The translations under genes were made by a program, and so were the position numbers. Shown here one piece after another: positions 1 through 7,867 of a stretch of DNA of 64,000 nucleotides. Source of the DNA: an uncultured Chloroflexia bacterium (lineage in GTDB: Bacteria; Chloroflexota; Chloroflexia; Thermomicrobiales; Thermomicrobiaceae). The notes under the pieces are model-generated. The model saw nothing but the letters and a program-made list of their open reading frames with translations. It had not been told where the DNA came from and did not search any database. The stretch is taken from NCBI GenBank assembly GCA_963782955.1, contig CAWALJ010000007.1, positions 44,357 to 108,356 on the forward strand. The letters are read 5' to 3'. Within the stretch, counting starts at the first letter, position 1, and each line of letters begins with the position of its first letter.

Positions 1-1035
1 GGAGGTGACAGTCGCGACGTAATAAGCACCCGGTTCCGCCGGTCGAACCGACCGAAGCAGTTGATGCGCGGCTTCGGGATTGCCGGCGTTGACTTCAACG
101 ACTCCACTGTGAACCAGCAGAGACTCGTTCGATGGCTGCACCGCGATCATCTCGCGCAGCAGGGCTTGAACGCGGGATGTGTCGGTCGCCTTGGATTCAA
201 TTGCGGAGAGCAGCGCCGCCGAGGCGTCCCATTGTTCGTTGCTGGCTCGCGTGCACTCGATTACCAACCGAACGACGAGCGCGCGAGCATCACGGGATTT
301 GACTGGAATCGTATCGAGGACGTGCTCGACCTCCGTCGGCTCACCAACTCGAAGTCCCTCACGGGTCAAACAGAATGCCGACTCCAGATTTTCAGGACGG
401 ATCTCGTGCCACTTTCGTGCGAGTTCCAGTGCGAGTCCTGGGTCATCTTGTAGCGTGGCAGCGTCCACCGCGACCGGAAGGTAGCGATCGATCAACTCGA
501 CTCTGGAGGAGGCAAGGAGTGTATGTGCCAGGTGCAGCACGTTGGTGTCAGTCGGGTGGGCGTGAGTCAGGATGCGTTCCGCTTCGACATCGGTGGACGG
601 CCCCTCGAGGCGGCCAGTGGCAAGGCCGATGGCGTCCACGAGCTGGGATGCCGCGTCGGGACACCCGGTGGCCAACAGGAGTTCCGCTTCTCGCACGTAG
701 AGACCAATGGTCGCGGGCTCGTGACTCAACGCGGCCATAGTCAGGTCCAGCGCGCTCACCAGACGACCTCTTGCGATGTCCCGATCGGCAGCGCTCACCA
801 TCCGTGAGATGGTCGCGGGAACAGGGAAATGGCTCGACAGTGGTTGATCGACGACAAACGCTCCGAGGTTGACCGAGGGCGAGGTCGGCGCAATCTGATC
901 AGGTGCTGAAGCCTGCGTGCTCACGGTTTGTCGCGCAGTACTGGAGATTGATCGTGTTTCAGGACCATCCAACGCCTTGGTGGCTCCGTCCTGGGCACTT
1001 TGATTTCGGATGACGGCGTTCATCTGCTCCGCCAC
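1..1035 (-). CDS. hypothetical helical protein, 3' end cut by the window edge
   Basis: Absent from the ORF track because there is no stop in the window. My own minus-strand translation is open from GTG 1035 to base 1 (..MNAVIRNQSAQDG...HQLLRSVRPAEPGAYYVATVTS). GGGAG lies 6 nt upstream of GTG 1035; ATG 1023 is an alternative start. An in-frame TGA lies just upstream of 1035. No family recognised. Confidence 0.6.
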   Translation of the reverse strand, partial: MAEQMNAVIRNQSAQDGATKALDGPETRSISSTARQTVSTQASAPDQIAPTSPSVNLGAFVVDQPLSSHFPVPATISRMVSAADRDIARGRLVSALDLTMAALSHEPATIGLYVREAELLLATGCPDAASQLVDAIGLATGRLEGPSTDVEAERILTHAHPTDTNVLHLAHTLLASSRVELIDRYLPVAVDAATLQDDPGLALELARKWHEIRPENLESAFCLTREGLRVGEPTEVEHVLDTIPVKSRDARALVVRLVIECTRASNEQWDASAALLSAIESKATDTSRVQALLREMIAVQPSNESLLVHSGVVEVNAGNPEAAHQLLRSVRPAEPGAYYVATVTS

Positions 1036-1305
1036 GATCCACTCCCATGTTCAAGTTGACGCCGATCAGGACGCAAGATCGAGCCAGAACAAGCGCTCGA
1101 TCATCGCTGAGGGTATGCGTCGACTGAAAATCGTTCCCTGACGTACGTTGTCGAATGCTTGCCGTTGGTCGGCGACGGTCGTTCCGCCATGACCATGGTG
1201 CGAGCGTCCGTGCTCAGTATACGGACCAGCGTTAGGGATCGTGATAGTACCAAAGTGCGGAAGTTCTGGCCTATTGGCCGCATCCGGGGTTCAAGGCTAC
1301 AGGTG

Positions 1306-2088
1306 TTAGCGCGATCTGAGACGTCCGCGACGCTCGCGGTAATCTTTCGCCTCAACGTAGATGTGCGTGCAGATGGCGGTGTCCTTAATTCGGGAGGCAA
1401 TGCGCGGGTCCATTCGGTCAAGGTCACGGTTGGTCGTAATAATCGTCGGACGCCGCTGGTTGTAGCGATAGTTGATGATCTGAAAGAGTTTCTCCGTCGC
1501 CCATGGAGTCGAGTTTTCAGTGCCGAGGTCGTCGAGGACAAGCAAGCTCGCGTTTCGCACCTCGTTGAATCGACTGTCGTAGGTCGATCCCTGATCGGGG
1601 GCGAATGCCGCACGGAGGTAGTCGAGCAGATCGGGGACGACCGTGAAAAGGGGAAACATGACCTGGCCATGCGCGACATAATTCGCGATCGCTGCTGCGA
1701 GATGCGTCTTGCCGCAGCCAAATGATCCGGTTATCAACAGCCAACCGTCGGGATTCTGGGCATAGGCGAGGCAGAGTTCAAATGCCCGTTGCACACCTGG
1801 TACATTCGGATCGAAATTCTCGAACGTCCAGTCTTCAAGAACGCCAAGCCCGCTTATATCGCCGTAGTCCTGGCTGCGCCGAGCATCGAGCTCACGCTGG
1901 CGACACTGGCAAACGACTGGCTTGCCAAACAGCGGGTGTCCAATCGGCACGTCGACCCGGTAAAAGCCGGCGCCGCCACAGATGGGACAGCTACCGTCCT
2001 CGTTTGAAGAGGGAGGAGTACTTTCCGCGGAGGTACTTCTCCGGTTCGACGAATCCGGAAGCACTCTGATTTCGCCGATACGTCTCAT
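1306..2088 (-). CDS. DnaC/DnaI-like AAA+ helicase-loader ATPase with N-terminal Cys-rich zinc-ribbon-like segment
   Basis: Walker A GSFGCGKTHLAAA and Walker B LLVLDDLGTE. N-terminus has CPICGGAGFY...CQC. Sits directly downstream of the DnaD-like gene and dnaB. Confidence 0.8.
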   Translation of the reverse strand: MRRIGEIRVLPDSSNRRSTSAESTPPSSNEDGSCPICGGAGFYRVDVPIGHPLFGKPVVCQCRQRELDARRSQDYGDISGLGVLEDWTFENFDPNVPGVQRAFELCLAYAQNPDGWLLITGSFGCGKTHLAAAIANYVAHGQVMFPLFTVVPDLLDYLRAAFAPDQGSTYDSRFNEVRNASLLVLDDLGTENSTPWATEKLFQIINYRYNQRRPTIITTNRDLDRMDPRIASRIKDTAICTHIYVEAKDYRERRGRLRSR

Positions 2089-2722
2089 CTCCGCGCCCTT
2101 CGGTCGCCCATCTTTGCAGAATTCGTTGAATATAGCGCCAGTTGCGACGGTTCAAGCTTACCGCTTCGTTGATCGCATCTTCAATCCAGCCGTCAGGATA
2201 GAGCTCAATAGCTTCAACAAGCTGGTCGGCAATCAGCGGCGTCAGCACGCCGATGTTCTGTTCATACAGCCGAAATACGTTCGGACGTTCAACCGCGATG
2301 CGCGTTGGCGCTGAGGATTTGGAATTCCGATAGGGGAAGACGCGTTCGCCGCGAACGAAGGAGTTGAGGACTCGTTGGTTTTCCGGCTCCTTTGGCATGA
2401 GCCAGAATGACTCCTCTTCGCCCTCCTCAACGCAGAGGCGCACAATGGCGTCATGTGCCACCAGAACTTCCACCGCGTGTCGCAGCTCGTCCACCAGATC
2501 TCGGCTGGACCCGGCAAGCCGCACCCCCTCGAGCAGCGGCTGGTCGGCGAATATCTCATCTTCACTGACAAACGGCGCCGACTTGTCAAGTTGGTCGACC
2601 TTCTCATAGATCGTGAGCAGCACTTTGAGGGCCGCAATATCGCGGACCCGCGCCAGGTGACGCTCAAAGAACGACCGCGGAACCGGCACACTCCGGTCCT
2701 GGTCAGATTGCCTGGGATCCAT
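1991..2722 (-). CDS. DnaD-domain replication initiation / helicase-loading protein
   Basis: C-terminal RLYEQNIGVLTPLIADQLVEAIELYPDGWIEDAINEAVSLNRRNWRYIQRILQRWATEG matches the DnaD/DnaB_2 repeat pattern. Sits between dnaB and the DnaI-like gene. Confidence 0.7.
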   Translation of the reverse strand: MDPRQSDQDRSVPVPRSFFERHLARVRDIAALKVLLTIYEKVDQLDKSAPFVSEDEIFADQPLLEGVRLAGSSRDLVDELRHAVEVLVAHDAIVRLCVEEGEEESFWLMPKEPENQRVLNSFVRGERVFPYRNSKSSAPTRIAVERPNVFRLYEQNIGVLTPLIADQLVEAIELYPDGWIEDAINEAVSLNRRNWRYIQRILQRWATEGRGDETYRRNQSASGFVEPEKYLRGKYSSLFKRGR

Positions 2723-2748
2723 CGTTCCTCAAATCGGATTTGGACGCG

Positions 2749-4089
2749 CTATCCCGGTGGTTCGAGATACAGCTCGAGATCGGCGAAGCGTGCCGTTCGC
2801 TCAAAGAAGCGGAGGTTTACGGTGTCGGTCGGGCCGTTACGGTGCTTGGCAACGATGACCTCAGCGATGCCCTTTTTCTCGGTCTCGCGATCGTAAATCT
2901 CTTCTCGATAGATGAACATCACGATGTCGGCGTCCTGCTCGATACTTCCACTCTCGCGCAGGTCGGAGAGCATTGGGCGGTGATCGGTACGGCTCTCGAC
3001 GGCACGTGACAGCTGCGAGAGGGCCAGCACCGGAATGTTGAGCTCACGAGCGAGCCCCTTGAGGCTGCGAGATATTTCGGAGATCTCCTGCACGCGGTTC
3101 TCGCTGCGTCGCCCTTGAAGGAGTTGCAAGTAATCGACGATGACCAGGTCGAGTCCTCGCTCGGCAAGCAGACGGCGCGACTTACTGCGCAACTCCATTG
3201 ACGAGATGCCCGGCGTGTCGTCGATGAAGATATTTGCTTCCGCCAGCCGTCCAAAGGCACGGGAGATTTGGTCCCACTCGCTGTCGTCGATGAAGCCCAG
3301 GCGGAGCCGATGCGAGTCGACGCCAGTTTCCATGGCCAGCAAACGCTGCACCAACTGCTCGGCCGACATTTCGAGACTGAAGATACCGACCGTCTTTCCG
3401 TGGCGCACTGCCGCGTTGTGGGCGATTCCAAGCTGGAGCGAAGACTTTCCGACAGACGGACGCGCCGCCAAGATGACAAGATCGGAGCGTTGTAATCCAC
3501 CGGTGAGCTTGTCGAGATCGGAAAACCCGGTCGGCACGCCGACCACGTCGCCACGATGCTGCTGAATCGTGTCCAGCTTGTCGAAGAAGGTCTCAAGTAC
3601 CTCACCGATTCCGACGAAGTCGCGAGCGGTTCGGTGCTGCGAAACATCGAAAATGGCCCGCTCGGAACGATCGAGGGCCTCTTCAACTTCGATGGAGTCG
3701 TCGTAGCCGATGGCGACGATGTTCGCACCGGCATCGATCAAGCGTCGTAGCGTTGCGGTGCGCTCGACAATGTGGCCGTAGAACTCGATATGGACTGCGG
3801 TCGGCACGGCATTGATGAGTTCGGTCAGATAGCCAACGCCGCCGACGTCCTGAAGTCGCTCTCGACGAGTCAGTTCATCGATGATAGTGACGAAATCCGG
3901 AGGCACGCGACGGTTGTACAGGTCAAGAATGGCCTCATAGATGAGGCCATTGCCAGAGCTGTAGAAGTCTTCGGGCTTGAGGAAGGACGCGATGCGGATA
4001 ACGGCGTCGCGATCGATCAGCAGGCTTCCGAGAACTGATTGCTCAGCCTCCATGTTGTGGGGCGGAAGCTTGTCGACCGTCTCGACCAT
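2749..4089 (-). CDS. dnaB: replicative DNA helicase DnaB
   Basis: N-terminal PPHNMEAEQSVLGSLL, Walker A AARPSVGKSS, and IVDYLQLL plus SQLSR motifs. 446 aa, no intein. Confidence 0.95.
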   Translation of the reverse strand: MVETVDKLPPHNMEAEQSVLGSLLIDRDAVIRIASFLKPEDFYSSGNGLIYEAILDLYNRRVPPDFVTIIDELTRRERLQDVGGVGYLTELINAVPTAVHIEFYGHIVERTATLRRLIDAGANIVAIGYDDSIEVEEALDRSERAIFDVSQHRTARDFVGIGEVLETFFDKLDTIQQHRGDVVGVPTGFSDLDKLTGGLQRSDLVILAARPSVGKSSLQLGIAHNAAVRHGKTVGIFSLEMSAEQLVQRLLAMETGVDSHRLRLGFIDDSEWDQISRAFGRLAEANIFIDDTPGISSMELRSKSRRLLAERGLDLVIVDYLQLLQGRRSENRVQEISEISRSLKGLARELNIPVLALSQLSRAVESRTDHRPMLSDLRESGSIEQDADIVMFIYREEIYDRETEKKGIAEVIVAKHRNGPTDTVNLRFFERTARFADLELYLEPPG

Positions 4090-4117
4090 GATGTTCGTGT
4101 CCCCCGGGGAGTGCGAA

Positions 4118-4708
4118 TTACTCGTCTTCGTTCAGCGGATCCAGATCGGCCACTCCGCGCATCTCGTCTTCAACCTCAGCCGCTGGGCCGGACTGCGCGC
4201 TTGAAGCCACGCCTTCTTCCGCGGGCGTGGTCTCAACATCGCCGAACGCTCCACCGACGCCTTCTTCCGGTGTGACGACGACGGTGATGGTTGGCCGCAG
4301 TTTACCGACCAGGTGGACTGCCACTTGATGTTCGCCGATCGTACGGATCGGTTCACTCAGCAGAACCTTGCGACGGTCGATCTCTTCGCCAAGCTCGGCC
4401 GACACCTTCGTGGCCACGTCGGCGGCCGTGATCGAGCCATACAGCCGGCCCTGCTCGCCGACGCGAGCGACCACCTGAATGCGCATGCCGTCGATCTTCT
4501 CTGAGAGAGATTGCTGCGCTTCTTCCTCACGCTCGACCTTGCGCTGCATCGAACGGAGACGTTGCTCGGCGTTCTTGATGCGGCCCGCGGTGGCCTCCGA
4601 GGCCAGTCCCTTCGGGATCAGATAATTGCGTGCGAAACCGTCTTTGACGGACTGAATGCTGCCGGCGTCCCCGACCTTGGGCACATCCTGCAAAAGGACG
4701 ACCTTCAT
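4118..4708 (-). CDS. rplI: 50S ribosomal protein L9 with an acidic C-terminal extension
   Basis: MKVVLLQDVPKVGDAGSIQSVKDGFARNYLIPKGLA is a typical L9 N-terminus. Start moved to ATG 4708 from ORF-track 4786. Classic rplI-dnaB adjacency. Confidence 0.9.
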   Translation of the reverse strand: MKVVLLQDVPKVGDAGSIQSVKDGFARNYLIPKGLASEATAGRIKNAEQRLRSMQRKVEREEEAQQSLSEKIDGMRIQVVARVGEQGRLYGSITAADVATKVSAELGEEIDRRKVLLSEPIRTIGEHQVAVHLVGKLRPTITVVVTPEEGVGGAFGDVETTPAEEGVASSAQSGPAAEVEDEMRGVADLDPLNEDE

Positions 4709-4876
4709 GCTGTGATTGCCTTTCTTCCAAATATTCCGCCGGCCTTCACAGGGAGATTCTACCGGCGCCAAAATTGGCGTTCGCATCTGCGAACGCCCAT
4801 TCCACCAGCACTACTATACCGAGATGGCGCAGTGAATTCAATTTGGGGATATCCTCGCGCTAACCGATGGACGATA

Positions 4877-5635
4877 TCAAGGCTCATTTTCGAGCCGGCG
4901 TCGATAGAGCTCGTAGAGCGCGATAGAACCGGCGACTGCCGCGTTGAGCGAGGCGACTTCGCCAATCATCGGTATGCGGGCCACCAGGTCGGCGTGAGCG
5001 AGCAACGCGGGGCCGATGCCCTTGCCTTCCGAACCGATCAACAAGCCTGTCGGTTCGGGAATGCTCTCCGAGAAAATCGTGCGCGCCTCTTCCCGATGTT
5101 CCAACGCGACTATCCAGTATCCCGCCTCTTTACACTCCTCGATTGCCCGGCCGAGATTGGTGACGCGCGCGACCCGCAGGTGCTCAACCGCTCCGGCCGA
5201 TGCATTGACCACCGCGGGAGTCACGCTGGCCGAGCGTCGGTCAGGTATCACGAATCCCGCGACACCGGCCGCGTTGGCAGTCCGAAACAATGTCCCGATG
5301 TTCTGCGGATCTTGCAAGTGATCCAGGAAGACGATCGGGCGTCTATTGGGGTCTTGCAAGATTTCTTTCTGGTCGGTGTACGGATAGGGGCCTGTCTCCA
5401 GCGCGATCCCTTGGTGGTTGACGGCACCGGCAATCCGCTCGATCTCATTCGCATGCAGACGCGACACCGGGAGACCAAGTTGCCCGGCGTGCTCGAGTAA
5501 TTCTGCGACACGCTCTTGCCGGTCTGCCCCATGGACGACGTAGAGCCGGTGATGACGTCGTCGGCCTCGAAGCGCTTCGATGGCCGCATTGCGGCCGTAA
5601 AGGATTTCAGAAGCACGTCCATGCGATCTACTCAT
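4877..5635 (-). CDS. rlmB: TrmH/SpoU-family 23S rRNA 2'-O-methyltransferase (RlmB-like)
   Basis: ILYGRNAAIEAL N-terminal substrate-binding domain and a SpoU C-terminal domain (GSEGKGI...IPM.G...SLNAAVA). Overlaps cysS by 4 nt. Confidence 0.85.
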   Translation of the reverse strand: MSRSHGRASEILYGRNAAIEALRGRRRHHRLYVVHGADRQERVAELLEHAGQLGLPVSRLHANEIERIAGAVNHQGIALETGPYPYTDQKEILQDPNRRPIVFLDHLQDPQNIGTLFRTANAAGVAGFVIPDRRSASVTPAVVNASAGAVEHLRVARVTNLGRAIEECKEAGYWIVALEHREEARTIFSESIPEPTGLLIGSEGKGIGPALLAHADLVARIPMIGEVASLNAAVAGSIALYELYRRRLENEP

Positions 5636-7038
5636 TCGAAATGCCAGCTCGTACCGGCTGGCGTGTCCTCCAGCCGGACACCCAAGTTCTCAAGCCGGGA
5701 ACGAATGGAGTCGGCCAGGTCCCACTGCTTTCGCTCGCGTAGCTGTTGGCGTACGTCGAGTAGCATGGAAACGAACGGTTCGATATCGCCACTGGCATCT
5801 TTGCGCGATGCTGTGAGAGTCAAGCCGAGGACGCCTGCGAGGCGTTTCAGATTCGCCTGGGCGAAGGAGACGGCTCCAGTCGGCGCGCCGGCATCCTCCT
5901 CTCGGTTGATGGCGCGCGCCAGCTCGAACAACGCCGCCAACGCCATGGGCGTGTTGAAGTCGTCGTCCATCGACTGGCAAAACTGCTCTTCAGCCCGTTG
6001 AACCGCCTCGCGAAGTGGATGGTCGGGCTCGGCTTCGGGTACTTGCGTCGAGTCGAAGTCTCGCACTGCCGATGTCATCCGCGCCAAACCACGTCGTGCC
6101 GATTCGAGCGTCTCGTCGTTGAACACGAGCGGATTTCGGTAATGCGAGTTGAGAACCAGGAATCGGAACGCCTGGCCGTCACCGTTTTCTAACAGTTCAT
6201 GAATGCTGACCAGGTTGCCGATCGATTTGCTCATCTTCTCGCCACCGAGTTGTAGCAGCCCGTTGTGGATCCAGAAGTTGGCCATCGGCGCCTCGTGCGT
6301 AAACGCCTCTGACTGTGCGATCTCGTTTTCGTGATGGGGGAAAATGAGATCCGATCCGCCACCGTGGATGTCGATCCGCCCTCCGAGGTGGTGGAAGATC
6401 ATCGCGCTGCACTCGATATGCCATCCTGGTCGGCCAGGTCCCCACGGGCTGTCCCAGGCTGGTTCACCTGGTTTGGCTGCCTTCCAGAGGACGAAGTCCA
6501 TGGCGTCCTCTTTGTTTGGATCGATCTCGATGCGCGCGCCGGGCATCATCTGTTCGATTTCGCGGTGCGAGAGTTTTCCGTACCCCTGAAACGAGTTCAC
6601 CCGATAATAGACGTCCCCATTCGGAGCGGCATATGCATTACCTTCATCGATCAAGCCCTTGACCATATCGATGATCGTGTCGACTTCCTGCGTCGCACGC
6701 GGATAAACCGTCGCTGGCTCGATGTTGAGCTCGGCGGTCTCGGCGTGCCAGGCATCGATAAGTTGCTGCGACAGCGCGTCTGGTGTTGTGCCCATCGTCG
6801 CGGCCCGCTGGATGACTTTGTCATCGATGTCGGTGAAGTTCTGCACGTGATCGACTTGGTAGCCTGAGTACTCTAGGTAGCGCCTGATCACATCGAACAC
6901 GATCGCGGACATGGCGTGCCCGATGTGGGCGTCGGAATAGACCGTCGGTCCGCAGACGTACATGCGCACATGACCTGGTTCGATTGGTTCGAAATCGCGT
7001 TTCTGCCCAGTTAGGGTGTCTGAGATGCGAAGCGGCAT
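5632..7038 (-). CDS. cysS: cysteine--tRNA ligase
   Basis: MYVCGPTVYSDAHIGHA (HIGH motif) and KMSKSIGN (KMSKS motif). Start set at MPLRISDTL (ATG 7038, AAGGAGA SD) rather than ORF-track 7125. Confidence 0.93.
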   Translation of the reverse strand: MPLRISDTLTGQKRDFEPIEPGHVRMYVCGPTVYSDAHIGHAMSAIVFDVIRRYLEYSGYQVDHVQNFTDIDDKVIQRAATMGTTPDALSQQLIDAWHAETAELNIEPATVYPRATQEVDTIIDMVKGLIDEGNAYAAPNGDVYYRVNSFQGYGKLSHREIEQMMPGARIEIDPNKEDAMDFVLWKAAKPGEPAWDSPWGPGRPGWHIECSAMIFHHLGGRIDIHGGGSDLIFPHHENEIAQSEAFTHEAPMANFWIHNGLLQLGGEKMSKSIGNLVSIHELLENGDGQAFRFLVLNSHYRNPLVFNDETLESARRGLARMTSAVRDFDSTQVPEAEPDHPLREAVQRAEEQFCQSMDDDFNTPMALAALFELARAINREEDAGAPTGAVSFAQANLKRLAGVLGLTLTASRKDASGDIEPFVSMLLDVRQQLRERKQWDLADSIRSRLENLGVRLEDTPAGTSWHFE

Positions 7039-7195
7039 TCGGCTCTCCTTATTCACAGTCAATCGCTTCGATTCGTGAATCGTCAAGTGATCAAGTCCGA
7101 CGCGCGAACCGTCGAGCGAGATCAAGCCCGCAGTACAGGAGTTCTGCTCGTGTGCCGAGCGTCATGGGATTCGCAGACGGCAACAAGGCGTACTG

Positions 7196-7215
7196 CGTTC
7201 GCGTATGGGCGAACG
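7196..7215. promoter_or_regulatory. palindrome CGTTCGC-N6-GCGAACG in the cysS upstream gap
   Basis: Read directly: cgttcgc gtatgg gcgaacg. The same 7-nt arms recur at 60908-60928. Confidence 0.4.
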
Positions 7216-7478
7216 AATCGCGAAAGTGTCATTGAGTTAGCGAACCGGAGTGGCGATCGTGAGGGAACGCCGCTAAAGGAGACGCGGCTGTGATTTGGGT
7301 GAGCTGGATTGTGAGACAACATCGGGCGCCAGACTCGCATCGGTACTCCGGTCGGGCTCAATCACGGGAATGACCATCCATGACGCAGCATTCGGAGGGG
7401 ATACCGTGATTACCGGCATCCCCTTCGGACAGGAGCAAGATACTCGAATTTGGCGTGCTCGAAAGCCGTCAAATGCGA

Positions 7479-7772
7479 TCAAGGCGTCTCCGTTGTTGCC
7501 GTGCTGGCAGGTTCTTTGGCGGTGTCAGAACTCGAGCCACTGTCGGTAGTTGATTCGCTGCTCGACTTCGTTGATGGAATAGCCGACGCAGTTCCGTTGC
7601 GGCTGTCGTTGATGTAGAAGCCTGAGCCTTTGAATATGATCCCTGCCGGGTGGAGGACGCGACGCACCGTCTGACCGCATTCCGGGCAAACGCTAATCGG
7701 GTCGTCACTGAACCGCTGCTTCGCCTCAAAATGGTGTCCGCACGATCCACACGCGTACTCGTAGATGGGCAT
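7479..7772 (-). CDS. FmdB-family zinc-ribbon protein (CxxC..CxxC)
   Basis: MPIYEYACGSCGHHFEAKQRFSDDPISVCPECG is the hallmark N-terminus. AAGGAGG lies 9 nt upstream of ATG 7772. Ser-rich tail. Confidence 0.85.
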   Translation of the reverse strand: MPIYEYACGSCGHHFEAKQRFSDDPISVCPECGQTVRRVLHPAGIIFKGSGFYINDSRNGTASAIPSTKSSSESTTDSGSSSDTAKEPASTATTETP

Positions 7773-7867
7773 CCTGCCCAACCTCCTTGACTGGACGACG
7801 AATCCTTATCTCTGGGAATTCTACGCGATGACGCCAAGCTAGACAACTTGGTGTCATCAAGCTTGAG

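Noticed and set aside
1086-1099. Third SOS-like box AGAAC-AAGC-GCTCG upstream of the first gene
   Set aside because: It has two deviations from the CGAAC/GTTCG arms. That is too weak to call without a genome-derived matrix.
2343-2357. CGTTCGC-C-GCGAACG palindrome
   Set aside because: It lies inside the DnaD-like coding sequence with a 1-nt spacer, so it is probably coincidental.
4511-5500. 329-aa plus-strand ORF
   Set aside because: It is antisense to rplI and rlmB.
7039-7478. T-box riboswitch for cysS
   Set aside because: I found no GGTGGTACCGCG-type T-box core and no recognisable Stem I/specifier architecture on the minus strand.
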